Notes: generated from the letters alone by a model not told the origin. A stretch of 64,000 nucleotides of DNA from the human T2T-CHM13v2.0 reference genome, Homo sapiens (GCF_009914755.1 NC_060935.1), one strand, 5' to 3'; counted from the stretch's first letter, positions 15,552 through 28,853 are shown. Numbers and translations: made by a program.

Positions 15552-15589
15552 TTAGGTTGGTGCAAAAGTAATTGCAGTTTTTGCCATTA
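15552..15589 (+). mobile_element. Hsmar1/MADE1 solo terminal inverted repeat
   Basis: TTAGGTTGGTGCAAAAGTAATTGCAGTTTTTGCCATTA preceded by TA; no partner TIR nearby. Confidence 0.9.
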
Positions 15590-17305
15590 GTGTGTTAGCA
15601 CCCACTTATAAGTAAGAACATGCAGTATTTGGTTTTCTGTTCTCATGTTAGTTTGCTTAGAATAATGGCCTCCAGCTCCATCCATGTTGCTGCGAAGGAC
15701 ATTACCTTGTTCTTTTTTATGGCTGCGTAGTATTCCATGGTGTATATGTACCACATTTTCTTTATCCAGTCTACCGTTGATGGGCATTTAGGTTGATTCC
15801 ATGTCTTTGCTATTGTGAATAGTGCTTCAGTGAACATATGCATGCATGTATGTGTCTTTATGGTAGAAAAATGTATATTTCTTTGGGTATATACCCAATA
15901 ATGGGATTGCTGGGTCAAATGTTAATTCTAAGTTCCTGGAGAAATTGCCACACTGGTTTCCACAATGGCTGAATTAATTTACATTCCCACCAGCAGTGTA
16001 TACGTGTTCCCTTTTCTCTGCAACCTCAGCAGCATCTGTTATTTTTTTACTTTTTAATGGCCATTCAGACTGGTGTGAGATGATATCGCCTTGCGGTTTT
16101 GATTTGCATTTCTCTAATGATTCGTGATGTTGAGCATTTTTTCATGCTTGTTGGCCACATATATGTCTTCTTTTGAAAAGTGTCTGTTGATGTCCTTTGC
16201 CCACTTTTTAATGAGGTTGTTTGGTTTTTGCTTGTTAATTTAAGTTCCTTATAGATTCTGGATATTAGACCTTTGTTGGATACATAGTTTGCAAATATTT
16301 TCTTCCATTGTATAGGTTGTCTGTTTACTCTGTTGATAGTTTCTTTTGCTGTGCAGAAGCTCTTTAGTTTAAGTAGTTTCCATTTATCAATTTTTGTTTC
16401 TGTTGGAGTTGCTTTTGGTGTCTCCATCATGAAATCTTTGCCAATGCCTATGTTCAGAATGGTATTTCCTAGGTTATCTTCCAGGGTTTTTATAGTTTTA
16501 GGTTTTATATTTAAGTCCTTAATCCATCTTGAGTTGATTTTTGTATTTGGTGTAAGGACGAGGCTCTCTATTCTGTTCCATTGGTCTATGTTTCTGTTTT
16601 GTGTACCAGTACCATGCTGTTTTGTTTACTGTAACCATGTAGTGTAGTTTGAAGTCAGGTAACAGGATGCCTCCAGCTTTGTTCTTTTTGCTTAGGATTG
16701 CTTTGGCTTTTCAAACACTTTTTTGGTTGCATATGAATTTTAAAACAGTTTTTCCTAGTTCTGTGAAGAATGTCATTGGTAGTTTGATAGGGATAGCATT
16801 GAATCTGTAGATTGCTTTGGGCAGTATGGCCATTTTAACAATATTGAGTCTTTCTATTCATGAACATGGAATGTTTTTCCATTTGTTTATGTCATCTCTG
16901 ATATCTTTCAGCAGTGTTTTGTAATTCTTGTTGTAGGGATCTTTCACCTCCCTGGTTAGCTGTATTCCTAGGTATTTTATTCTTTTTGTGGCTATTGTGA
17001 ATAGAATCGTACTCTTGATTTGGCTTTCATCTTGGACGTTGTTGGTGTATAGAAATGCTACTGATTTTGTACATTGATTTTGTATCCTGAAACTTTGCTG
17101 AAGTTGTTTAACAGCTCTAGGAGCTTTTGAGCAGAGACTGTGGGGATCCTTTCTCTTGTCTGATTGCTCTGGCTAAGACTTCTAGAACTATGTTAATAGG
17201 AGTGGTGAGAGTAGCCATCCTTGTCTTGTTCTAGTACTGCAGGGGAATGCTTCCAGCTTTTGCTCCATTCAGTATTATGTTGCCTGTGGTTTTGTTATAG
17301 ATGAC

Positions 17306-17728
17306 TGTATTAGGCCATTCTTGCATTGCTATAAAGAAATACCTGAGACTGGTAATTTATAAATAAAATAGGTTTAATTGGCTCACAGATCTGCAGGCTT
17401 TACAGGAAGCATGGTGCTGGTATCTGCTCAGCTTCTAGGGAGGCCTCAGGAAGCTTACAATCATGGTGGAAGGTGAAGAGGGAGCAGGCAGTTACATGGT
17501 GAAAGTGGGAGTGAGTGAGATAGAGACAGAGACAGAGAGAGAGGTAAGGGGAGTTGCCATACACTTTTAAATGACCAGATCTCATGAGAACTCACTATTG
17601 TGAAGACAGCACCAAACCACAAGGGATCCACCCTCATGATCCAGTCACATTCCACCAGGCTCCACCTCCAACACTGGGGATTACATTTCAAGTGAGATTT
17701 GGGCAGGACAAATATCCAAACTGTATCA
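17306..17728 (-). mobile_element. MSTA-like solo LTR inserted in the L1PA
   Basis: TGTATTAGGCCATTCTTGCATTGCTATAAAGAAATACCTGAGACTGG...CCAAACTGTATCA. L1 sequence is contiguous on both sides; degenerate TSD ATGAC/GTGGC. Confidence 0.9.
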
Positions 17729-18346
17729 GTGGCTCATTAGTTTGAGGTATGTTCCTTCAGTGCATAGTGTGTTGAGGGTTGTTAACACGAAATGATGTTG
17801 AATTTTATGAAAAGCCTTTTCTGCATCTATTGAGATGATCATATGGTTTTTGTTTTTAGTTCTGTTTATGTGGTGAATTACATTTATTGATTTGAACCAA
17901 CCTTGCATCCCAGGGATAAAGCCTACTTGATCATGGTAGATTAGCTTTTTGATGTGCTGCTGGATTTGGTTTGCTAGTATTTTGTTGAGGATTTTTGCAT
18001 CTGTTAATGTGTTCATCCAGGATATTGGCCTGAAATTGTCTTTTTTTGTTGTGTCTGTGCCAGGTTTTGGTATCAGAATGATGCTGACCTCACAGAATGA
18101 GTTAGGGAGGAGTCCCTCCTCTTTAATTTTTTGGAATAGATTCAGTAAGACTTTCCGTCTTTTTTAAGGTTGAATAATATTCCATTGTATGTTTATACCC
18201 CACTTTGTTTATCCATGCATCTGTCAATGGACCCTTGGGTTGCTTCCACAACTTGGCTATTGTGAATAATGGTGCTGTGAACATGGGTACACACATATCT
18301 CTTTGAGACTATGCTTTAAATTCTTCTGAGTTCTTTTCATTCTCTC

Positions 18347-18531
18347 TCTCCCTCTCTCTCTCTTTTTTTTTTTCTTTTTTTTTGTGAGACAGAGTCTCAC
18401 TCTGTAGCCCAGGCCGAGGTGCAGTGGACCTATCTCAGCTCACTGCAACCTCTGCCTCCTGGTTCAAGCGATTCTGGTGCCTTAGCCTCCTGAGTAGCTG
18501 GGATTACAGGTGTGAGCTACTGTGCCGTGCC
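18347..18531 (-). mobile_element. Monomer-length Alu (left-arm 5' end fused to right arm)
   Basis: Right-arm body joined at GCTGGGATTACAGG to a left-arm start (GTGAGCTACTGTGCCGTGCC); TSD CTTTYCATTCTCT. Confidence 0.8.
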
Positions 18532-20399
18532 CTTTCCATTCTCTTAATAGTGCCTTTCGAAGAACAGTAGTTAACTTTGATAAAGTCTAATTTATTATTT
18601 TTTCTTTTATACATTGTACTTTTGGTATTGTATCTGAGTATTGCCTAATCCAAGATCACAAGTGTTTTCTTCTACTCTGATCTAGTTTGAGTTATTTTTG
18701 CATATGGTGAGAAGTATGGATTAAAGTTCTTTTTTTGTTTTTGTTTTTTTTTTTTTGCAAATGGGTATCCAATCATTTTAGCACCATTTGTTGAAAAGTC
18801 TATCCTTCCTCTAGATACGTTTTTGAGATAAGGATTGACAAGATGTGATTTTGGATGTGGAACATGAAGGAGGGGGAGGAACTAATGGTGACTGAGTTCT
18901 GGCTTGAGAAACTGGTTGGGTCAGGGTGCCATTTCTAAGATGGGAGGGTCTTGGAGAGAAGCACCTTTAGCAGTTGGGAATTCAGAGTTGTGTTTTAGAG
19001 ATGCCCATGGGGCATAAGAGTGTCCAGGAGACAGCTGGACATATGAGTCTGGAGTTCAGGACAGAGGTAAGAGCTGGAGATAGGCATTTTGCAAAGCATT
19101 GGCATACACAGACAGGTGTGTGAGCTGACACTTGGACATGTGTTGAATACAGCCATGGAGCTGTAGTTGTAGCAGGAGCTCTGGGTGGAGTACATGGGGG
19201 AGTAGGGAAGAGCCTTAGGGGAGGTCATGTGAGTGGGTCTTGAAGGATGAAGAGGAGTTTGCCAAGAGATAATCTAGGGGGTGGTTTTTCAGGGGAAGTA
19301 CCAGAATATGCAAAGGTTTAGGGGCATGAAGTGTAGGGTGATGAGGAAATTGAAAAGAGTTTAGAGTAGCCGGGGGAAAGGTGCATGGGGAGGAGGACAG
19401 GCGATGAGGCTGGGAGAGAAAGCAGGGCCAGTTCAGGAAGGGCCTTCATTTAGGGAGAGCAGTTTGGACTTTCCCACATAGACACTGGGGAATTAATGAA
19501 AAGCCTGCTGTAAGGGAGTGCCTATTGCTTCCTTCCTCAGAGACATGTTTTAGGTGGGTCACCAGGGCCTTGGTGTGAATTAGAGGAGACAGGAAGATCA
19601 GCGAGGAGTTCTCCTTTACTGCCAGATGCCGAGTGTGTGGACTCAGCGGTGCTTGGGATGGGAAGTGAGAGGTGACAATGGGACATTCGGGTGACCTTGT
19701 CTTCCTGTTGTAGTCTCCCTTCCCTCTGTCCCACAGCAAGGGGACCCTTCCTCCGACCTGGAGAGTATGTTTGTCCCTAGGGATCCCTGATTTGATCAAG
19801 CCCCAGGGTGCCGAGAAACCTCTCCCTGCTTTAGCCTCTCCATTCCTGATGTGTGGTTAGGATCAGGCCCTGCAGTCGCGCTGCCCCAGGCATAGTAGTG
19901 AGGGGAGGTCCAGATTCTGGCCTTCAGGGAACTGGTGTCAGGTCTGATGCCTCATCCATTGGCCTAATCAGACCCTGTCAGGAATACAGATGTGATGCTG
20001 TTTCTTCGCTCTGTCTGAAATTGCTTTGTAATAACAGTAGGAGTTAGAGAGGCATTTTTATTGATTAAACAATCGAGGCGATTTGTCTTTACAAAACTGA
20101 AAATATAGAGGTGTCTCTTTCTCTCTCTGTATGCATTACACATGCTTATTTATTAGAGGCGGCAGTCTCTGCTTGTAATCAAGCTGATGTTTATGATGGG
20201 GCTGTTTTATAAAGCCAGACAGAGATGATATAAGGGGAACTGGAATGAAAAGAAGCCCTAATATAACGACACCGACAATCGGGGTGAGAGGCCCCTGGGG
20301 AAGGCACCGCGGCCAGTGTGAGTACGTGATTGGAGGGAAACTTGGAGCTACTTTGACATGGAAAAAAATCTTATAATGTCACATGGAAAGGAGACCGTG

Positions 20400-20572
20400 A
20401 GCTTTGGATCAGATAGCTCAGGGTTTGAATCTTAGCTCTGCCATTTATTGCATGTGTCACCTGGGAAAAGTTACTTAAAATCTGTGACACTCAAAATAGG
20501 GATAATGGTATGTAATGACATAGCATATGTAAATCGCTTGGCACAGTGTCAGACATATGTAGTTATTATTAT
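20400..20572 (+). mobile_element. MIR
   Basis: GGGTTTGAATCTTAGCTCTGCCATTTATT...GTTACTTAA...GCTTGGCACAGTG. Confidence 0.75.
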
Positions 20573-21702
20573 CATGATGTCTCCAGAATGGAGTTCTAGG
20601 TAGGAATGGGCATGTTAAGGTGCTTGGACCAGTAACTTGTGAGGGGAGCAAGTCAGGAGCTCTTTAGGGTTGATTTTCAGGCCCAGCCCATTCATCCTAG
20701 ACCGTTTGCAAGGCCAGCCTCGCCATGGCTCAGCCAGTGGTCAGCTACGCTTAGTCTTGGGGATTTTAGGCCTGCTGGACTACCTGGCCAGGTACCAGTC
20801 AGCTCTGGTGCTGAGTAAGTCTGTGGGGTGGCACAGGCACCAGAAGGCTAGTGAGCTGCCTTTTGAATTGGGTGGGAGGAGCAGGGCCTTGTTGGACAAG
20901 GATGCCACTGCCGGAGCAACTAGCTGCATTATTAAGAGATCTTTCTAATTCCATCCTGATATGGCATAATTATTCCAGCTCTGCAGGGCTCAGTATGAAA
21001 ACCGCTGTCAGTCACTTGGCTGCCGGGATTTGTCAAACTGTATTCATGAATTTATCACTCCAGACTGTGAGCTGTGACACACTGACTGGGGGTGGGCTGC
21101 AAATTCAGGAGGGCAGGTGTGTGGGCGGCCAGAGGGGCACGAGACAGAGATGTCCAGAGCACCTGTCTCTGCTGGTGTGTGGCTGGGCTTGGCCCGCTCC
21201 TGGGGCCACCCGGAATCCAGGAGGAGGTGAAATAGCTTCTGGCCCTCTGGTTTCTCAGTACCCCAGTTCAAGATCTATTTGCGGGAGGCTTCTTGGAGTA
21301 TGGTGTTCTTGAAGTGGGAGTTTTAGGAAGAGGTGATCATCCTGCCAGCCAACTCCTTTCCTTTTTGCCTGGCCACCAGTCACCCAGCACATACCTGGTA
21401 CTTACTCTGTTCAGGCATAGAGGGAACAATGCAGTGGGCCCTCTATGGTCTCAATGGGATGGGGAGACCGCAGGCACGACACAGGGTCTTTCCTTGGCTA
21501 ATTTTTGAGTAGGTTTTCAGCAGGGACTTACTGCGATCCAGACTGGTCAGGAAAGCCTGACAGCAGAAGTGGGGTTTGTGGGAGGACTCAGTGAGGGGTG
21601 GTGGCTGCCGGGAGGCATCCCAGGAGGTCGAGGGTGTAAGTCAAAGGACCACACAGTTGGAATAATGAACGGAAGAGTTTGGCGGCAGGGGATAGTATAG
21701 GG

Positions 21703-21910
21703 CAGGCTTCTCAACATTTTGGGCCGCACAATTCCTTGTTGTGGGGGTGCTCTCCTGTGTACTCTAGGGTGTTTGGCAGTCTCCCTGGCCTCTACCCACC
21801 AGATGCCAGTAGCACGCCCTGTAGCCCCCAATTTGTGATAACCAAGCACAATTCTAGACTCACTGCATGTCTCCTGGGTAGCCAAGGTGTCTCCAGTTGA
21901 GAACTGTCGG
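21703..21910 (-). mobile_element. MER20 (hAT-Charlie)
   Basis: CCCTGGCCTCTACCCACCAGATGCCAGTAGCAC core; TTCTCAAC / GTTGAGAA termini. Confidence 0.88.
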
Positions 21911-22204
21911 TATAGGGGGTAGAGCTAAGAGTGCAAATGTTGGCTGGGTCTGGAAAGTCTAGAAGAGCCTTGGCTTTCAGGTCAAGAAAGTTGGGACTTT
22001 ATTCTAGAAATAACGAGGAGGCTTTATGAGCAGATGGTGCAGAGAGGCTGTGGTATCAGGACACTGCCAGGAAGTTTTGCTCAGGATGGAACTACCTTCT
22101 CTGCTAAGGGTTGGAAAAATCAGATGCCCTCTGGGCCTCAACTGAGTGGTGACATGCACCAAGCAGGCCAAGCTGAAGGCAGTAGTGGCTAAACAACTTG
22201 TAAT

Positions 22205-22292
22205 AGGCTCAAGAATTTGCATTTCTAACACGTTTCTAGGTGACACTCATGCTCACACTGCTGGTCTGGGGACCACACCTTGAGAGCCGCTG
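22205..22292 (+). mobile_element. MER5A fragment
   Basis: AGAATTTGCATTTCTAACA...GCTGGTCTGGGGACCACACCTTGAGAG. Confidence 0.75.
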
Positions 22293-24184
22293 CACTACAT
22301 CGTTTTAATTTACTGCCTAGGCCAACCATAACGCAGTTGGCAGGCTGTAGGTATACAGCCCTTATTTCTTCCTAGGAGAAGTCAAAATCCTACCTTGGCC
22401 ACCATCTAAATGCCAAGGGCTTTTCTAGAGAGGGCTTGACAGATTGGATACACCTGCTTTTGACTGAAGATAAAGCTTGGGAACTCCTGCTAGCTCAGCC
22501 CTCGGAACCTCCACGCTGCTGGCCACCCGTGTCTCACTATAGCAGTCGAGTCTCTTGAATTAGATGCAACTCCTGCAGGACAGGGCTCAGGACGTTGGAA
22601 ATCTGAACAAAATCCTTCAGCCAGCGGCCACCGTTTGCTCTGGGAGCATTCCTTTTGCATTCCTTGGCTCCTAAGGGAACCCAGAAAGCAAAGCGTAACC
22701 CTCCCCGAACCCTCAGGTCTCTCACCACCCGCTGCCTGCCCAGCATCTCCTATCATCACAATTCCCGGCCTCAACAGGAGACAGGCACATTTGTCTCTTT
22801 TCATATATATTTAAAAGGTATTGATAGCCAAAAAGGCCAGAGGGACACACACAGTCCTGCTTGGGCAGCTGGCATTTTCACACTTCTTTATCCCTTCACT
22901 CCTAGAAGGCCAGAGCAGGAAAGGACCTCAAAGGTCATTGGACCCAATCCCCTGAGGCCCAGGGAGGGAGGTGAGGGTTGCAGGGTAACACAGCCAAAGA
23001 GAGGCAGAGGCAGCTTTCAGTGCTTTTGACCCATGCATCCTGCTGGTTCAAGGACATAGCTGTGTCCAAGGCCAAGGTCTGGAGCTGGGAAGGAGGGTGT
23101 GTTTCAATGCGTTTTTCATCCATGAAGGATTCCTTTCATTGCCTTTTTCTTCTTTCTCTTTAGTGTTTCAACCAGAGCCTTCACCTTACCCCTGACCCTG
23201 CACCCTACTCATGACCCTGCACCTTGCCCCTGACACCCTGCCTTCACCTTGACCTTACACCTTACCCCTGCCTCTGCTTCCTCTCATCTGGCCCCAGGAG
23301 GCCTCCACCTGCAGGCCTTAGCACTGAATTCATTCTGCCTGGGCAGAACATTTCCTCCCAGCCACAGGCTTTGTCTGAATTGGAATGAAATTGTCTTGCA
23401 GAATCTGCTCTCTTACCTGGAACTAGCACTTGGCCTTACATGTTAGTCTGGTGGCCTGGGTCTGCAGCCCTAGATGAGTCCTATCGATGCCTCCCTGCAC
23501 CCTGACATCCAGGTGCACCCGGCTGCTGGCGTAGCATTGTGATTATTGCTGTATTTCTAGGCTGAGCACAGTGCCTGGAATGTAATTGGCACTCGCTTCA
23601 ATTGTAGAGTGAATAAATGGATGAATAAATATGCTTTGCTCATTCCCTTGATTTGGACTCAGGCCTCTTCTTTGGGAACCCCAAGGCTCACCATATGGTG
23701 ACTCAAGCATGACTCAGGGATTTTAGGCCCCTCAGAAGCAGCTTCTGCCACAGGGTCCTTGCCTCTAGGCCTTGGCTAGCCTTTCATTTGTGGAATACTT
23801 AGTATATGCCAGGCACCTTGCTAAGTGATTTATACAGATTGTTGATTCAGCAACCTCTGAGATGGGTACTGCTATCTCTGTCCTCCTGGCAGGTTAAATG
23901 AAGCTGTTGAGGGTTAAGGGACTTAACGAATCCCCGGCTTCCATCCTTCCCGGGGTTTCTGTAGGCCGACTCTCACCTGAGGCCCAGGACACTCCCAAAT
24001 GATGATGGTCATTGCCAAGAGGTGTTATGTTTAGTGGTTAAATCACAGGAGATCTGGCTGCTTCACCTGCTTCCTTCTCACACTGGAAGCGTAAATGGAG
24101 GCAAGTCACCATACTGCGCGATCCAGCCACATGTGAAAGAATAGAACCATGGTGTCTGAATTTATGGTCTCTGCTTCCCTTGCA

Positions 24185-24247
24185 CATCTCCTCCCTTGAC
24201 TGTGGGAGGTACCCAGGTGGTGTCTCCCACAGTCAAGGGAGGAGATG
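24185..24247. repeat. Perfect 24-bp inverted repeat with 15-nt spacer
   Basis: CATCTCCTCCCTTGACTGTGGGAG (24185-24208) is the exact reverse complement of 24224-24247. Confidence 0.97.
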
Positions 24248-25919
24248 GACCTGGGCATGGCTGTGCACCTGGATGTCAGGAGGCAGGGAGGCATCACTAG
24301 GACTCACCTGGGGCTGGTGGATGCCCCTTGACCCTGCCTCCCAAGCCTGTATGTAGCTGGGCTGTGATGCTGGCAGATGGGCCTAGGCATGACTGTGCTA
24401 CTGGTTGGCAGGGAAGCTGATGCCTTAATAGGGCACCATCCCATGGCTGCCTTCTCGATCCAACTCCATCCCATGTTCACTCTTCCTCTTGGTGTCTTCC
24501 CACTAGCCATAGCACTAATAAGGTTAGAATTTAATGTAAAAGCGTGTTGTAAGGGTTAACTGTAGCATACACTCAGTGTGCACCCCAGCTGCCTTCTGCC
24601 TCCTCTGGGCTTTTTGCCTTCTTCCCTCTTCCCTCCACCACAGCCTCTTCTCAGAAGTTCCCCTAGTCAGTACTAGGGATGAATGTACCCAGCTTTTTCC
24701 TCTGTCTCTTTGTCCTAGACAGCTCTATTGTGTGTTTGCCTATGGATTGATGCTCATAGACAAACATTTTGGGTACAAGTGAAGTGCTGATGCTTGCATT
24801 TTTATAAAATAAGCTGCACAATGCCTAGTCCATGCCTCTTCCTCCTGCATCCCTCCTCCTCTTCTTGCATCCCTCCCTCCTCTTCTGTATTTGCATCGGC
24901 ACAGGGACTGTTATTCCCACCAGCTGAATCAGGGGAGAGATCTTGGAAGAGTAATTAATTTGAGCAGATGTGTATCAGTGTCCTAGTAAATAAAAGATGT
25001 CAGTACAAACCACTCGTGCAGGCTCCACTCAGGTCACAAAGCCCTAGAATGCGGGTGGACCTCTCTTTAGGAAAATCCAATAGGTGGAGGTCATTTACAT
25101 CACAAAAGACCTTGCTTTACAGAAAAAGATTTGCTGCTGGGGTCCTTAAAATCAGAGATCTTTTGGTTTATTTAAGTGTTTTACAGGTCATTAAGTACTT
25201 GACAGAGAGGCTTTAGGGACTGGAAAACTTTATGTTCAAGCTTAAGAATCAGTGCCAATTACAGATCCTTCTGAAAAGATGATGAAGCAGCCCAGAACTT
25301 GTGCGGAAGTCCATGGGGAAATGCCGTCTGACCTGCTAACGTGTGTGTGCACACGCCTCTTCGGAGATGGCCGCTGTCCTACGATGGCCTGGCACCCCCT
25401 ACGTGATTGTACCTGTTTTTCTTTAATGACGAACCCTGAGAACAAGAACGAAGCTTGCTGTGCTAGTTTCCCAGTTGATTCTCTCCTCTGCTCGGTACTG
25501 CATTCCGTTGGGCTGGAAGATTTCCTAACTGAAAATCATAGTTCAATGCAGGGGGCTTTTGAGATTTTTTATCGAATGATGTTTCTCTTGTGGACTCCCT
25601 TTCTACTCCCCAAAGCTTGGATTTCCTGCCTCCTCTGGCTTCAGATCTCCCTCAGCACTTCCCACACCCTCCCTCTGAGCGCAGCATCTCACCTCAGCCT
25701 TCAGGGAGGAAGCAGAAGACATCAGACTGGAGCCCCTTTACACCCTGAACTCTGCAAGCCCGCCTGACCTCCCACCCACATGTGCCCCTCCTGCAACTCT
25801 GAGGGGCTGGCCGTCCGCATGTCTGCCTCCCAGCCCCTCACCTTCTCAGGGATCTCACCTTTGGATCATTCGCAGCAAGGCAGGGATGTGCTCTGTTCTC
25901 TGTCATCTTTGAAAAAGCT

Positions 25920-26218
25920 GGCTGGGTGTGGTGGTTCACACCTGTAATCCCAGCACTTTGGGAGGCCCAGGCGGGCAGATCACCTGAGGTCAGGAGTTCA
26001 AGACCAGCCTGCCCAACATGGCGAAATCCCGTCTCTACTAAAAATACAAAAAATCAGCTGGGCTGGTGGCGCACTCCTGTAATCCCACCTACTCAGGAGG
26101 CTGAGGTGGGAGAATCGCTTGAACCCGGGAGGCAGAGGTTGTGGTGAGCCAAGATCGCGCATTGCATTCCAGCTGGGGCAACAGAGCCTGACTCTGTCTC
26201 AAAAAAAAAAAAAAAAAA
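25920..26218 (+). mobile_element. AluS
   Basis: Full dimer with A tail; AAAAAGCYG flanks. Confidence 0.93.
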
Positions 26219-26229
26219 GCCGCCTGCAG

Positions 26230-28545
26230 TTGTACCTCTTCTTCTGTTCCATTTCTGCTCCCTTTTGTAGCCAAACAACTCAGAAGAGTTGTGGGCATAC
26301 ACTGCCTCCACTTCACCTCCCGATCACTCTCCTGCCCACTTCAATCTGGCGGCTGCCCCACCAATCCACTCAACAGCTTGGGGAGGTCGCTAGTAGCTTC
26401 CATGTTGCCCAATCCTGTGGACACTCTGCTGTCCTCATCTTGGTTCTCAGCAGCATTCGACACTTCCCTCCTCCCTCGAGACACTTTCTCCAGGCTCTCA
26501 ACACTCCATTCCTCCTGCTTCCCCCATCTCAGGTCTGTCTTTCTCGTATCCCTTTCTGTTGACTCCCCCTTTACTCCTGTCTAAATGTCGGATGTCCCAA
26601 GCCTTGCCCCCCACTTCTCTAACTGTATATTCTCTCTGAGTGAACTCACCTATTGCCACACTTTCAATACCATCTATACAGTGATGACCTCCAACTTTCT
26701 CTCCTGAGTGCTGTTCTAGCAGTTCCATCTATCTATCTACTTGACTTTTTCATTTGAATATCCTCCATATATCCTAAACATGGAAAACCACTTTATTCCT
26801 CTTCCCAAATCTGTTTCTACCTCTTTCCCCATCTCAGTAAATGGCACAATTGTCCACCAGTTTACAAGACCAAAAGAATGGGAGTCATTCCTGATCTCTC
26901 CGTTCTCTCACTCTCCACATCCCATACCCCACCAAGTCCTGCCAATTTACCTCCAGCAGGTGCCTCAAATTTATACCCTTCTCTCTCTCCACTTGCCCTG
27001 CCACCCTTCAGTCCAGGCCACCACCATCTCTCCTCTGACCTAAGACAGTAGCCTCCTAATTGGTTTTTCTCCTTCCACTTCTCTTGTTCCTTGTTCTTCA
27101 CACAGCACAGCATTTTAAAAACTATGCATTTCAAATACATCATTTAAATTGTTTCATGCTACTCTTGTGCTTCAAACCTTTCAGTAGCTATTCATTACCC
27201 TTAGAATAAAATCCTGCTGGGCGCAGTGGCTCATGCCTGTAATCCCAGTATTTTGGGAGGCCAAGGCCGGCAGATTGCTTGAACCTAGGAGTTGAAGACC
27301 AGCTTGGGCAACATGGTGAGACCCCGTGTCTTAAAAAATATATATACAAAAATTAGCCAGTGGCATTTACCTGTTGTCCCAGCTACTCAGGAGGCTGAGG
27401 TGGGAGGATCGCCTGAGCCTGGGAGGTTGAGGCTGCAGTGAGCTGTGTTTGCACCGTTGCACTTCAGCCTGGGCAGCAGAGCACAACCCTGTCTAAATAA
27501 ATAAATAATAAATAAATAAATAAAATCGTAACTCTTTGCCATGCCTTATAAGGCCCTTGTAATGCCGTATAGGGTATGATCTGGCCCATCTAATTCTCCA
27601 GCCTCCTCTTGCACTGTCTTCTTGATCAGTTGCCTTCCTAACAGCTGTTTCCTCCCATCTTCCATGTCAGCAGAAGCCTGATTTTGTTCAGATATAGGGT
27701 ACTTTTCTTCCATGAAAGAGGTGGTGGTATTTTCAGGGAAGGTGTGCCCTCCTGTGATTCACTGCAGTTGGGCCACGGTTAATCCAATTCACTCATAGCC
27801 GTACCATGACTCCATTGCCACTGATTGGGGTAAGTGGTGGGACTGAAGAGAATGTCTGCTGGTGGCTGTGGGAAAGATGGGCTGCCCTCATACGAGAGTG
27901 ACTCGTGAAGAGGAGATGCCTGCATGCGTCCTTCCTGCTTTAGGGGTGTCGGAGGGTGAGGAGCCACCCCCAGCGAGGGAGACACTGTCCACATACCGAG
28001 GAAGGCAGATGGAAGGAGCAGGCCTCTAAAGCCACAGATGAGTTTCAGGATCAACCACAAAGTTGCCATCCTCCTCTTCAAAGGGATAATGAATGCCTTT
28101 ATGGTTCCAGCCACATTTAGGAAGGCCGTCTGTTGCATGTGGCTGAGCACATCCTAACCAGTATCTTTCCTCCCGCTCGCTGTGTTCCACTCTCCCTGGC
28201 CTTGCAGCCCGTGGTCGTGCTGTGCCCTCTCCTGCCTCGGGAGATGTGCACACGCCATTCCCTCTGTTTGGAGCACTCTTCGTCCTGCTTTTCACACATC
28301 CTTTAAGTTTCAGATTGTTTTCACATAAAGGTTTCTCTGCTGTATTATTTTCTTTATGTCTGCTTCTTGTTAGTTTCATCCACAGCCCCTAGCACATTTT
28401 GAAATTATTTTTTCGGTATACTTTTTTTCTTCCCCTCTAGACTGTAAGTTCCATAAAGGCAGAGACTGTATGTATTTTGCTCACCTTACAAGGTGCATGG
28501 CAGAGGGAAGGTGCTCACCACCTGTTTACTGACTGAGGGCGTGAA
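26230..28545 (+). mobile_element. Long L2 remnant interrupted by AluJ (27216-27525, +) and an old MLT1 LTR (~27640-28160)
   Basis: L2 motifs (TTCCCCATCTCAGTAAATGGCAC, TAGACTGTAAGTTCCATAAAGGCAGAGACTG); Alu with (TAAA)n tail; MLT1J/K/L-like AGAAGCCTGATTTTGTTCAG. Confidence 0.75.
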
Positions 28546-28853
28546 TGGAGGAGTGGTGCTCATCTTCCTGACCTTATCCTCTGCTGCTTGATGACCTCTC
28601 ACAGTTTCTACTTTAGCCACATGGAATGGTGGTTTCTAGAATGTTGTTTAGTCTCTGTCACTTTTTAGTCTTTGCATATGCATCTCAGTTTGCTGGAACA
28701 GCTCTCCTCCTTCACCCAGACACCTCCCACTCTTCTGTAGGTCTCAGCTGAGCTTCCACTTCTTCCTGGAAGCATCCCTCTGCTGACCATGTGCCCTGGG
28801 GACACTGCTCTCAGCAGGCAGAGCACCTCCCAGTCTGCACTGTAGGCCCCTGA

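Larger units (their letters stand above)
15262..18147 (-). mobile_element. 5'-truncated L1PA (L1PA15/16-like) with internal deletions
   Basis: 3'UTR start AACTTGTATTTTAGGTTTAGGGGTACATGTG. ORF2 remnants in ORFs 15643-15918, 16065-16430 and 17726-18016 ([38 protein letters not shown] region). Confidence 0.92.

Noticed and set aside
23175-23275. Degenerate CCCTGA/CACCTT repeats resembling telomeric variants
   Set aside because: Irregular low-complexity sequence with no true (CCCTAA)n run.
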